Shown here: piece by piece, positions 7,373-16,343 of the stretch
Layout: the number at the start of each line of letters is the position of its first letter
Position numbering within the stretch: position 1 is the first letter of the stretch
IMG/VR virus record: IMGVR_UViG_3300028044_000003
Span: 32,001-96,000 of that record
Length of the DNA: 64,000 bases
Source: a virus
Strand: one strand, 5' to 3'
Made by a program: the position numbers and the translations under genes
The notes under the pieces: generated by a model
What the model was told of the DNA's origin: nothing
The model's input: the letters and a program-made list of their open reading frames with translations, nothing else
Databases searched by the model: none

Positions 7373-8688
7373 CACATATAGAAGAAACGTATCACAAAGT
7401 TTTAGAAATTATCAAATCTCTCGATTGTTTTAAGTTAGTTAAAGAGTGTACTGAAGGTGATTTTATTTATCTCTCTTTTCAAAACAAAAATGATCAATTA
7501 AATCCAAAAATAGAAATCATAAAAGATTATGTATCTCAAAATGGTTATAAAAACGCTACGGATTTTGTTACTGAAAAGGGTATGAAATATCATCGAAGTC
7601 GTTATCATACTATTGGCTATGATAAACTTAAAGATAAACTTAGTTACAAAAAATTTTACTCCGGTTATGGTATAAATAAACTCTGTAATATTTATCCTTT
7701 TAGATAAAATTGTCCGATTATAACAATAACTCCTCGTCAGGTATATTCTTTTACAAAAATTCATCGTAACAGGCTTATTAGAGTTTATAATAATTGTTAT
7801 ATTTCTTTTGATAGATCTTCACTTAATTTATTAGATCGATTAGAACGAGTTATTATCAATATCTATGAAGGAAGGGATGTATTTAGCAGAAGGCTTGTGC
7901 CGGTAAGTAGTAAACATTACCAAAACGGTATAAACGACAGTCACGTTATCGATAATCTTTTAGGTTATAAAGTTTCAAAAACACTTTCTCGCTTTAACTT
8001 TTCTATTGACGATTATTATCATTTAGTCAATGTAATCAAACGTATGAAGAATAAAAACGATTTTAGAAGTGTAATAAATACTTTAGCAAAAATTCCTATA
8101 ATTCCTGAGTATATTGATTTTAAACATGTTCTTTTTACTACTATGGGATTTACTAATTATGCAGCGCATATTTATACGTTTTCTGATTGGTTACGTGAGA
8201 TTTATCATCTTAAACTACCGTTTAATATTAAAATTAGATCCTGGAAAAGAATCGAGGAGGAACATCGTAGAAACTCGAGTCTAATAGGTCTTAAAGGTAT
8301 TCCGAAAGAATTAAAACCTGACACTTGTTTTTTAAAGTTATTTGAAAGTTTTAATCTATATCCGGTAGAAATAATTGATACTAAAGAGCGTATTATTGAA
8401 GAATCGTGTATTAATGACCACTGTGTTGGTAGAAATAATTATTACGCTAGGAATATAATTGACGGAAACATAGGTATTTATTCTGTTTTATGTGCTGATC
8501 AAAGGTTTACTCTTACTGTAAATAGATATTTTCAAATCCAATAATTTAAAGGATTCAGAAATTGCGAAGCACCTGTCGGTTTAAAAAGTGTTCTAGAAAA
8601 TTATTTAGAAACCAAGATAAGTCATTTAAAAGTTAAACATCAAATTGTAACTAATGAAACAGAGAATTTCGATAACGTTAGATTCTGA
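7369..8688 (+). pseudogene. PcfJ-like gene interrupted by two in-frame TAA codons
   Basis: single 440-codon frame with stops at 7705-7707 and 8542-8544; C-terminal ES..NDHCVG..Y...RFTL...Q*FKGFRN. Confidence 0.7.
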
Positions 8689-9106
8689 AGCAATTGAGAA
8701 AAAATTGATGGAATGTTTAAAGAAAGGTTTTGATAATCCTAAAATAGCTTTTTCATTTATAACTGAACTTTTAGAAAATACTAGAACTGAAGAAACATTT
8801 ATTAAAATGTTAAGCGGATTTGATATTATTTGCAAATATAAACCAGGAGATAAGGTTTTACTACCTTATTCTTCTGGTCCTAGTTGGAGATATAAATCTA
8901 ATCAAGAAGAACTATTGTTTAAAAATTGTTTTAGAGCTGTGGTTAATAGTGTGTCTATGAGTAAAAACACGGTTAATATTCAATTTAGTTATTTTAATGA
9001 TAAAGGTGAACTTTATACTGATGAATACGAAGTTGCTGAATACGTTTTATCAAAAGATCATACAGATCTTGAAAATGATATTGATGAGTTTTTAAGTAAA
9101 AGTTAG
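8654..9106 (+). CDS. hypothetical protein
   Basis: 150-aa ORF in operon. Confidence 0.75.
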   Translation: MKQRISITLDSEAIEKKLMECLKKGFDNPKIAFSFITELLENTRTEETFIKMLSGFDIICKYKPGDKVLLPYSSGPSWRYKSNQEELLFKNCFRAVVNSVSMSKNTVNIQFSYFNDKGELYTDEYEVAEYVLSKDHTDLENDIDEFLSKS

Positions 9107-9189
9107 CGTTATAGTACAACAGAAATTAGTATATTTAGTACAATTTGTTAGATAACAAGTAAGTTTGTATTAAATGTTTTTGTGTATAA

Positions 9190-9516
9190 ATGTTGTATTC
9201 ATTACCTAACGGTAGAACGATAGAAATATCTCTTGAAGAGTATCTTAGTTTAACAGATCAAGATATACAGGATATCATCGCATCAAATTCAGGATACAAC
9301 GTAGCGTCACCTTTCTTTAATTCCTCTATTTCTCAGAAATCACGTTTAAAAACAGACACTGAAATTGATAAATCTATCGATTATTCAGAAGAACTTGAAG
9401 ATGGCTGCGTATCCCAGGGTATAAATCAAATAATAAATACCTTAGACATATTATCTTCTGATCCGCAAGAAATGCCGGAAATACTAATAGAACCTCCTCA
9501 TCAAGAGGAAGAATAA
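9190..9516 (+). CDS. acidic hypothetical protein
   Basis: 108 aa; TAAGTTTG (Bacteroidota -7-like box) at 9160. Confidence 0.75.
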   Translation: MLYSLPNGRTIEISLEEYLSLTDQDIQDIIASNSGYNVASPFFNSSISQKSRLKTDTEIDKSIDYSEELEDGCVSQGINQIINTLDILSSDPQEMPEILIEPPHQEEE

Positions 9517-9553
9517 AATCGTTTCATTTTTTTAATCACAAAAATCAATTCAA

Positions 9554-10030
9554 ATGGCTGTAAAAGTGTCATCTGATGCAGCGGGTAATGTAATTACTCC
9601 TACATCTAATCCTGAGTATGGTTACATCAGAGTAACCGAAACCCGTAATCTTATTGATGAAAGAGGTTTTTTAAGACCTCAAAAATTAAGTGCCTTGGTA
9701 CTAGGTCTAAAAGACGATCTTAAAAACCTGGGATGGACTGCCGGTAAAGAACTTTCCGGTAAAATCATTATCAAAGAATCTCTCATGCCGTTCAACAAAA
9801 AAGAACCTGAGAATGATTACAAAGTTGCCGGTAACACAAACGTTGTATGTTGTGTCGGTGATCAGCCTATTTATCGTAAAACCTTCTATGTTCAAAATAC
9901 AAACATGGAAGATGTATTAATCGCTCACACTAATAAAGAGCAAATAGTAGCTGCTTACGAAGAGAGTATAACTCTTCTTTCTCAAAACAATCCAGAGTTT
10001 TCTGATAACTTGGATTTAGACGAAATTTAA
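9554..10030 (+). CDS. hypothetical protein, possibly ssDNA-binding
   Basis: beta-rich with acidic tail DNLDLDEI; followed by a terminator. Confidence 0.6.
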   Translation: MAVKVSSDAAGNVITPTSNPEYGYIRVTETRNLIDERGFLRPQKLSALVLGLKDDLKNLGWTAGKELSGKIIIKESLMPFNKKEPENDYKVAGNTNVVCCVGDQPIYRKTFYVQNTNMEDVLIAHTNKEQIVAAYEESITLLSQNNPEFSDNLDLDEI

Positions 10031-10048
10031 TATAATACCTGCAGATAC

Positions 10049-10077
10049 GGTGGAGAGTAATATCTCCACCTTTTATT
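10049..10077 (+). terminator. intrinsic terminator
   Basis: GGTGGAGA/TCTCCACC plus TTTTATT. Confidence 0.75.
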
Positions 10078-10098
10078 CACCACAAATCTTAATCAAAA

Positions 10099-10590
10099 AT
10101 GAAAACAATTGCTAATAATATTAGTGATTTGAAAAAAGTCATAGATAACTATCAGACTTTTAATCACCCTTACAAAACAGAAGTACCTTTTGAATCTTAT
10201 CATTTATCTAAAATTCAGGAAAAGTATTACAAGGAAGCTTTATATGGTATAAATTCTTACCCAGAAAAGGTTTTGAGTAACATGTCAGATTTCGAAAAGA
10301 AAAGAATTTCGAATATCTATCATAAAGCTCAGTTTATTTTAAATCTTTGGAAACAAGAAATCCTTATAGAAAAAACAAACAAAATATTTTCTATATTCAA
10401 ATCTAGCCCATTAGCTGAAAAAATTATGAATCAGGATAAAGCTAACCGAAATTTTATTTGTATGCTTTCTTTCAAAGAATTAGGTATCAAGAAACAAGAT
10501 ATAATCAACAAGTTAATATCAGAGAGAATTTTACCTAGTAATTTTTTAATCCTAAAAGAAAACGTAAAAATATGCACGTTGAATGTATAG
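10099..10590 (+). CDS. hypothetical protein
   Basis: 163-aa ORF. Confidence 0.75.
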   Translation: MKTIANNISDLKKVIDNYQTFNHPYKTEVPFESYHLSKIQEKYYKEALYGINSYPEKVLSNMSDFEKKRISNIYHKAQFILNLWKQEILIEKTNKIFSIFKSSPLAEKIMNQDKANRNFICMLSFKELGIKKQDIINKLISERILPSNFLILKENVKICTLNV

Positions 10591-10793
10591 TTAATAATTT
10601 AGGAACTAGTTTAATATTAGTTCCTCAAACTCCTCTTGAAGAAGAAATTGTTAAAAATCTTTTAAAACAGGAAAACAATATCATTGAGATAAGAGGGCCC
10701 GTTAGTGTTCTTAATCACAGTGTAAAAAACGGTGTTTATATCGGTAAACAATTATCTCCTGAAAAATATGATGAAAAGTCTGAAGGAGTGTGA
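10572..10793 (+). CDS. hypothetical protein
   Basis: 73-aa ORF overlapping its neighbours. Confidence 0.6.
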   Translation: MHVECIVNNLGTSLILVPQTPLEEEIVKNLLKQENNIIEIRGPVSVLNHSVKNGVYIGKQLSPEKYDEKSEGV

Positions 10794-11181
10794 CGGTTGT
10801 AACAAATCAAAAATAATTTGGAAGAATTACGGGGGTAAGAAGTGGTGTAAGCATTGCTGGAGTTGCCATTCTAGTAACGTAAAGCAGAAACCAACTGTGA
10901 AAACTGCTTCTATACGCCCCCGGTCTTCTAAAAAAGAAAAACTAGATAATATTTATTCTCAACAACGAAAACTTTTTCTTACTTACAAACCTATGTGTGA
11001 AGCTCATATACCCGGGATCTGTACCCAGGTATCAACAGACGTTCACCATAAAAAAGGAAGACTCGGAGGTAATTATCTTGATACTACAAGTTGGTTATCA
11101 GTTTGTAGAACTTGTCATAATTATATCGAAACGAATCCTCTGTTTGCTAAAGAAGAAGGGTTTTCACAAAATCGTAAATAA
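10768..11181 (+). CDS. HNH endonuclease-like protein with N-terminal zinc finger
   Basis: CDGC..CKHC; DVHHKKGR...VCRTCHNYIE. Confidence 0.75.
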   Translation: MMKSLKECDGCNKSKIIWKNYGGKKWCKHCWSCHSSNVKQKPTVKTASIRPRSSKKEKLDNIYSQQRKLFLTYKPMCEAHIPGICTQVSTDVHHKKGRLGGNYLDTTSWLSVCRTCHNYIETNPLFAKEEGFSQNRK

Positions 11182-11402
11182 TGGCTAAAAAATTAATGAC
11201 AGTTAATCTAGCTTGTGGTAAAAGTTACCAAGCTAATGAAGAAAAGTTTAAAAAAGTTACTCCTGGTGAAATTCCGGGTTTTGATTTTGGTGGTTTTATT
11301 TATAAAACAAATGATGAAGAACATCATATTTTTAAACCTTTAATTACTAGTATTAGCTATCGCGAAATTTGTAGCGAAAAATATGCTAGAAAGAAAAAGT
11401 AA
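11181..11402 (+). CDS. hypothetical protein
   Basis: 73-aa translationally coupled ORF. Confidence 0.65.
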   Translation: MAKKLMTVNLACGKSYQANEEKFKKVTPGEIPGFDFGGFIYKTNDEEHHIFKPLITSISYREICSEKYARKKK

Positions 11403-11404
11403 TT

Positions 11405-11638
11405 ATGTTTTCTAAAAAAAATCAATGTCTTAGTGTTAAACAACGAATCTTTATTGAAGAACATATTGTTAAAAAACTAAGAATATCAAAATTACTCAAA
11501 GATCTGAAAATAACTAGGGTTCAGTTTAAACGAGCCCGTTTTGGTTTATCTATAACCAATAAACTTTATTTTAAAATCGATCAATATTTAATTGAAAAAG
11601 AAAAACAAATTAATGACGAAACGGATGAAATCGTTTAG
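11405..11638 (+). CDS. small basic protein, possibly HTH
   Basis: 77-aa basic ORF. Confidence 0.6.
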   Translation: MFSKKNQCLSVKQRIFIEEHIVKKLRISKLLKDLKITRVQFKRARFGLSITNKLYFKIDQYLIEKEKQINDETDEIV

Positions 11639-11708
11639 TTATTATTCTAAACCCTGATAGAAACCTATGTGATGAATATAGGAACGGATGTAGCTGTATG
11701 AGATATGC

Positions 11709-11816
11709 TATTATAAACCGTTGGGAGTTCTCAGCAAGTAACTAATTTAGTTATGTGACCCTAGTTAATGACAGATGAAAATCGTTTCCTTCGGGGATAG
11801 TTAACGGGTGCTAATA
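11709..11816 (+). promoter_or_regulatory. structured leader motif copy B
   Basis: same core as 4147-4213 with inserted hairpins; 15 nt to ATG 11832. Confidence 0.5.
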
Positions 11817-11831
11817 TTTAAACAATTTAAT

Positions 11832-12203
11832 ATGATAGAAAAAGAATTTGTGCCACATCAAGAAAGTCTTGAACTCGAAGAAATTGGTTTTAATGAACCT
11901 TGTTTTGGATATTGGAAATCTAAAAACTGGCTAATCCAAGAAAAAACAAGAACTGATGGATATACACATGCTGACCAAGAATGTTTAGCACCAACATACT
12001 CACAAGCATTTAGATTTTTTAGAGAGAAGCATAACATATCAAGTTGGATATACAATAGTGATATGATTAATTTCTTCTACACCATATTACAAGGTGGAAG
12101 AATTGTTAAAGCAAATAATTCTTATGAATCCTACGAAGAAGCAGAACTTGAATGTCTTAAAAAATTAATTGAAATTGTAAAAGATGGTAACAAGAGTAGA
12201 TAG
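11832..12203 (+). CDS. phage hypothetical protein
   Basis: KEFVP..SLEL..IGFNEPC...APTYSQAFRFFREK...YEEAE, a pattern recalled from Bacteroidota phages. Confidence 0.7.
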   Translation: MIEKEFVPHQESLELEEIGFNEPCFGYWKSKNWLIQEKTRTDGYTHADQECLAPTYSQAFRFFREKHNISSWIYNSDMINFFYTILQGGRIVKANNSYESYEEAELECLKKLIEIVKDGNKSR

Positions 12204-12709
12204 AAAGTCTATGGTTATAAGACCGTCAGGAAGAAGTACTGATTTTCTTACTCCCACAATAATTATGGGGTGTGGTTATCAGTGCTCTTACTGTTATTGT
12301 AAAAGATATAAAACAGAAGGTGTAGATATTGCTACTAATTTAGGAGATATACTTACTACAGTAGATCATCACGCTTGGTTTGCCGATGTAGAAAAACCTA
12401 ATCAAACTCATCCGAAATTTATAACTTACGATATAGGTTGTAATTCTGATATGGCTTTACACGCTAAACACTATGACTGGAAATACTTGTTTGATTTCTT
12501 CAAGAACCATCCTCGGGCTATGGGTTCATTTGCTACTAAATATGTGAATGAGAAACTGCTTGAATATAATCCGGATGGTAAGATTAGAATCAGATTTAGT
12601 CTGATGCCTCAATCTTATTGTGATTATTTAGAACCTAAAACTAGTTCTATAGAAGAAAGAATAAAAGCTATCGATAGGTTTATAGAAGCTGGTTATGATG
12701 TACACATAA

Positions 12710-13305
12710 ATTTTTCTCCTGTTTGTTTGAGCAAATGTTGGATTAATTACTTGTGAAAAATATGTTTCTGTAGTTCCAGTGATACTTCTAATATCAGTTA
12801 AACCTTGTTTTTCTAATTCTTCTATATGTTCAATTAATGATTCACCTAACTTTGTTTTATTTTCAATATTATCTTCATTTTCAATTCTTTCTTTAATGGA
12901 TTCAATAATTTTTTTCTCTTCGTTAATGTTTAATATATCATACTTTTTAGAATACTCACTTTGAGTTGAAATTATTCCTGTCGATAAGTATTGAATATCA
13001 TTTAAATTTATTGAGTCATTACTGCTTATTCTTTGTTTCCACCTTTCCAATGTTAAATGAATTTCACTTACTCTTCTTAAAATTTTTATTGTGTCAAAAT
13101 GTCCATTAAATTCTTGTAATATTTGACTAATTGCAAATCCTATAAATAATTTAGATAACAATTCTAAAATCATATTACTGTCACCAAAAAAATGTATTAA
13201 AATTGAAGATAAAATTGGTATCCAAACCAATGGTTTAGCTAAAATCTAAGGATAATATTTGTACTGTTTACAAACCCTTTCTTTAATTTCTTCTAATCGT
13301 CTCAC
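12710..13305 (-). pseudogene. cassette-borne membrane/coiled-coil protein, 5' part
   Basis: GTG at 13305, TAG at codon 20 (13246-13248), hydrophobic N-terminus; its 3' end lies at 13532-13496. Confidence 0.65.
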
Positions 13306-13345
13306 AATCTTTTTTATTTTATTCGTTAATTTCTGTTGTCCTTTA

Positions 13346-13494
13346 AACTGACCGCCAACGGTTCTTGTGTATGTGTCAGGTGGGGATTAGAAAGCACAAA
13401 ACTTTCAACACTCACCAAAGTTTATTAACATCCACAACCGTTCAATTTACCACCAAACCCCCACTTGCACATACACAATGTTGGCGGTTCGGTT
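13346..13494. repeat. attC-like long imperfect palindrome
   Basis: ACCGCCAACG-gttc-TTGTGTATGTG-t-CAGGTGGGG ... CCCCACTTG-CACATACACAA-TGTTGGCGGT. Confidence 0.75.
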
Positions 13495-13870
13495 TTTATT
13501 TCTTCTTTTTATTCTGTCTTTCATTTTCTCTCATTTTTCTCCTGTTATCGTAACATACGGTTGGATTAAAAAATATGAAGAACTTTTTAACCAAGTTTCT
13601 GATATAGTAGGAAATAAAGATAAGATCAAAGCTGAAGTAATCTTCTTGACTCACAATGAAGGTAAACATGAATATAATCTTAGACATTCTTTACCGGGAG
13701 AACATCTTTTATGGAGACCGGAACTCCAGGAAGATAAAATATCACAGTACGGTGGTAAAAATATAAGGTATAAACACGACCTAAAAGCTCAGTATATCAA
13801 AGAGTGGACTGAATTACATGATAAGATTATACCCTGGAATACTATAAGATATATTTTTTAAAAAACTATT

Positions 13871-14191
13871 ATGAGCGAACATCTTGAGAAATTTTTTAAA
13901 GAATTAGGTTTTGAAGGAGTGAAATATATTCAAGGAAAAGGTTATTGTGGTGTACAAAAATACGCTTTCACTTACGGTCTTGTTTATAATATTGATTTTA
14001 CCGGTTATCAAGGTCGATACTGTTACCCTAATAAATTTAATGCTTTGGCGGCCTTACAAATATGGGACGGTCAGGGAGATCCTCCTGGTTTATGGATTAA
14101 ACACAAAAGAGACGGAATTGATAAAACTAATCCTTTACTAAAAGATGAATATGAAATCGAAAATAATTCAAGGAACGTTACTAGAAGATAA
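13871..14191 (+). CDS. hypothetical protein
   Basis: 106-aa ORF. Confidence 0.75.
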   Translation: MSEHLEKFFKELGFEGVKYIQGKGYCGVQKYAFTYGLVYNIDFTGYQGRYCYPNKFNALAALQIWDGQGDPPGLWIKHKRDGIDKTNPLLKDEYEIENNSRNVTRR

Positions 14192-14456
14192 TGATTCCTG
14201 GGTAATAGAGTGCGGAGCTGAAAAAGCCGGAAATAATACATGGTTTAATAAACTACCGTTACATCCGGATGATTTTACTTTTACTCTAAGTCACGGTAAA
14301 CAAGTTAAATTTTTAATAGTAAATGAACCCGCTCTTGAAGAGTGTGGTAAAGGCGAGACTAATTATAATATTCAGTACGCAAAGATCATTGATAATGCTC
14401 ATCTTGTACAAGGTGAAGGAGAAGAATCTATTGAAGAACTCAATTCTAAATTATGA
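14151..14456 (+). CDS. hypothetical protein
   Basis: about 101 aa; coupled to the ligase start. Confidence 0.65.
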   Translation: MKSKIIQGTLLEDNDSWVIECGAEKAGNNTWFNKLPLHPDDFTFTLSHGKQVKFLIVNEPALEECGKGETNYNIQYAKIIDNAHLVQGEGEESIEELNSKL

Positions 14457-15505
14457 AAGAAGAAAGTATAAATCTGTTTTATCGCGAAGGAAGTAGCGAT
14501 AAAGTTTACAACGCTTATTTAAAAGAAGATGGCTCTGGTTACAGAGTTACTTTTGCTTATGGTAGACGAGGTACCAGTCTAACTTCAGGTGCTAAAACAA
14601 CTCTTCCTGTAGCTTATGATAAAGCTAAAGCTATATACGATAAGTTGGTTTCTGAAAAAAAAGGTAAAGGTTATGTAGAAGATTCTTCTGGTAAACCTAT
14701 TATCCAACATGTAGATAAAACTGATTCGGGTCATAGACCACAGTTATTAAATCCGATCGATGAGTCTGAGTTAATAAAATATCTTGAAGACGATAATTTT
14801 ATAGCCCAGGAAAAATACGATGGTCGAAGAAAAATACTTGATGTAAATTTTGACGGTAGAGTCGATGCTATTAATCGCAAAGGATTAGTTGTTGGTATTT
14901 CTGATATAATTACACAAGCTTGTTCTAAAATTGGTACTGATGTTATTTTAGACGGTGAAGAAATTGGTGATATTGTACATATTTTTGACACATTGTCTTT
15001 ACCTAAAAAATATACTGATCGATATATATTTTTAAAGAATCTTGAAAATAGATTAGATAAAAATGTATTGAAGATTGTACCAACAGCTTTTACTACGGAT
15101 GAAAAGTATAAACTATACCAAAAACTTGTACAAGACAACGCTGAAGGTATTGTATTTAAAAAAGCATCCTCGATGTATTCTCCAGGTAGACCAAATTCTT
15201 ATGGCGATCAGTTAAAATTCAAGTTTTACAGTACAGCTTCGTGTGTAGTTATAGGTAAACACGATAGTAAAAGTTCTATAGAAGTAGGTGTATTTTCTAA
15301 CGGTATTACAGTACCTGTAGGTAATGTTACGGTATACCCTAATCAAACAATGCCAGAAATTGGTTCTGTAGTTGAAGTAAGATATCTATATTACTTTACT
15401 AAAGGTTCATTATTTCAACCAGTACTACTTGGAGTTCGCGATGATATCGATCAACACGAATGTATTCTTACTAAACTTAAAATAAAACAAATAATCGAAG
15501 ATTAA
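14453..15505 (+). CDS. WGR-domain ATP-dependent DNA ligase
   Basis: SDKVY...AYGRRG (WGR-like); EKYDG (KxDG), LDGE, EGIVFK, KFK; C-terminal OB fold. Confidence 0.85.
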   Translation: MKEESINLFYREGSSDKVYNAYLKEDGSGYRVTFAYGRRGTSLTSGAKTTLPVAYDKAKAIYDKLVSEKKGKGYVEDSSGKPIIQHVDKTDSGHRPQLLNPIDESELIKYLEDDNFIAQEKYDGRRKILDVNFDGRVDAINRKGLVVGISDIITQACSKIGTDVILDGEEIGDIVHIFDTLSLPKKYTDRYIFLKNLENRLDKNVLKIVPTAFTTDEKYKLYQKLVQDNAEGIVFKKASSMYSPGRPNSYGDQLKFKFYSTASCVVIGKHDSKSSIEVGVFSNGITVPVGNVTVYPNQTMPEIGSVVEVRYLYYFTKGSLFQPVLLGVRDDIDQHECILTKLKIKQIIED

Positions 15506-15506
15506 T

Positions 15507-15764
15507 ATGACTAAGAAAAAAAATAAGGAAAATATATTTCCTTTAAGTACTAAAGTTTATTGTATACATAATAGTTTTTTTACTAGAGAGAGTACTAAAA
15601 ATACGACTATTAAAATAGGTCGTGTTTATAGTTATAAAAGATTTCATAACGACATCTTACCTGTAATTAAAGAGGTTGGTATTAAAAATGAGCTCGATGC
15701 TAAGTCTTATAAGATTACCAACGATTTTAAAGAAGCTTATAATTGGTTGAAAGATAGCTTCTAA
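15507..15764 (+). CDS. hypothetical protein
   Basis: 85-aa ORF. Confidence 0.65.
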   Translation: MTKKKNKENIFPLSTKVYCIHNSFFTRESTKNTTIKIGRVYSYKRFHNDILPVIKEVGIKNELDAKSYKITNDFKEAYNWLKDSF

Positions 15765-15792
15765 AAAAAAGACCTGGAAAATTGGTGAGTAT

Positions 15793-16032
15793 ATGGCCGG
15801 TGGAGTACTTACTGTAGAAATTAAAAACAATACTGTAACTATTATTCAAAAGGAATGGGATTATTCAAAAGGTTCTCGTAGAAGTTCTGATCAGAGTTCT
15901 GCTAAAGAATTAGATCGTAAATCTTTTGGAATTAATAATTACAACGCGAGAAACGATATGTATATGTATCTTTCCAGTATGACAACGTCTTATTATTCAG
16001 AAGAAGTTTTGGATTGGATTTTTAAAAAGTAA
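15793..16032 (+). CDS. hypothetical protein
   Basis: 79-aa ORF. Confidence 0.65.
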   Translation: MAGGVLTVEIKNNTVTIIQKEWDYSKGSRRSSDQSSAKELDRKSFGINNYNARNDMYMYLSSMTTSYYSEEVLDWIFKK

Positions 16033-16034
16033 CT

Positions 16035-16343
16035 ATGAAAAAATATGAATCTGTACCTGACAGTTCTAAAGAATTAAGAATTGAGGTAAAATATGATATT
16101 GGAGGTATGAATTACTTTACAGGTAGACCGCAGGAAAGAGGGTATTATTTACACGTATCTCCTGTTAATAGAAGTCATAGTAACGGAATCACTGTGGAAA
16201 GTTATGAAGGATTTTCAGGTGTTAAAAAACTTATTTTACCTGTTAAAAGACAAAGTAATACTCAGTATACTCAAGCCGTTAAACTTTCTGAAAATTCTCT
16301 TCAAGAACTTAAGGATCACGTTTTAAATACTATGAAAAAATGA
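16035..16343 (+). CDS. hypothetical protein
   Basis: 102-aa coupled ORF. Confidence 0.7.
   Translation: MKKYESVPDSSKELRIEVKYDIGGMNYFTGRPQERGYYLHVSPVNRSHSNGITVESYEGFSGVKKLILPVKRQSNTQYTQAVKLSENSLQELKDHVLNTMKK

Larger units (their letters stand above)
12710..13546 (-). mobile_element. integrated, circularly permuted gene cassette
   Basis: 14-bp direct repeat ATTTTTCTCCTGTT at 12710-12723 and 13533-13546; the internal ORF rejoins in frame across the two ends. Confidence 0.8.
12184..13861 (+). pseudogene. spore photoproduct lyase-family radical SAM gene split by an 823-bp insertion
   Basis: CGYQCSYC (CxxxCxxC); joining 12184-12723 to 13547-13861 restores a 284-aa frame at NFSPV. Confidence 0.85.

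Noticed and set aside
11723-11762. Fourth TCAGCA stem RNA
   Set aside because: TCAGCAA is present but there is no matching 7-bp closing stem; the sequence fits the separate leader motif instead.
7369-13305. Stop-codon reassignment, as in some crAss-like phages, to explain the in-frame stops
   Set aside because: TAA, TAG and TGA all end well-formed genes here, and the 9-13 kb genes are open in the standard code.
12710-13546. Self-splicing intron or IS element in the radical SAM gene
   Set aside because: No recognisable group I/II core, homing nuclease or transposase. The in-frame circular permutation of the passenger gene is better explained by integration of a circle.
13365-13553. 62-aa ORF, and the hydrophobic N-terminus of track ORF 13478..13861
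   Set aside because: Both are read-through of the palindrome and insert end; only the part from FSPV onward belongs to the radical SAM gene.
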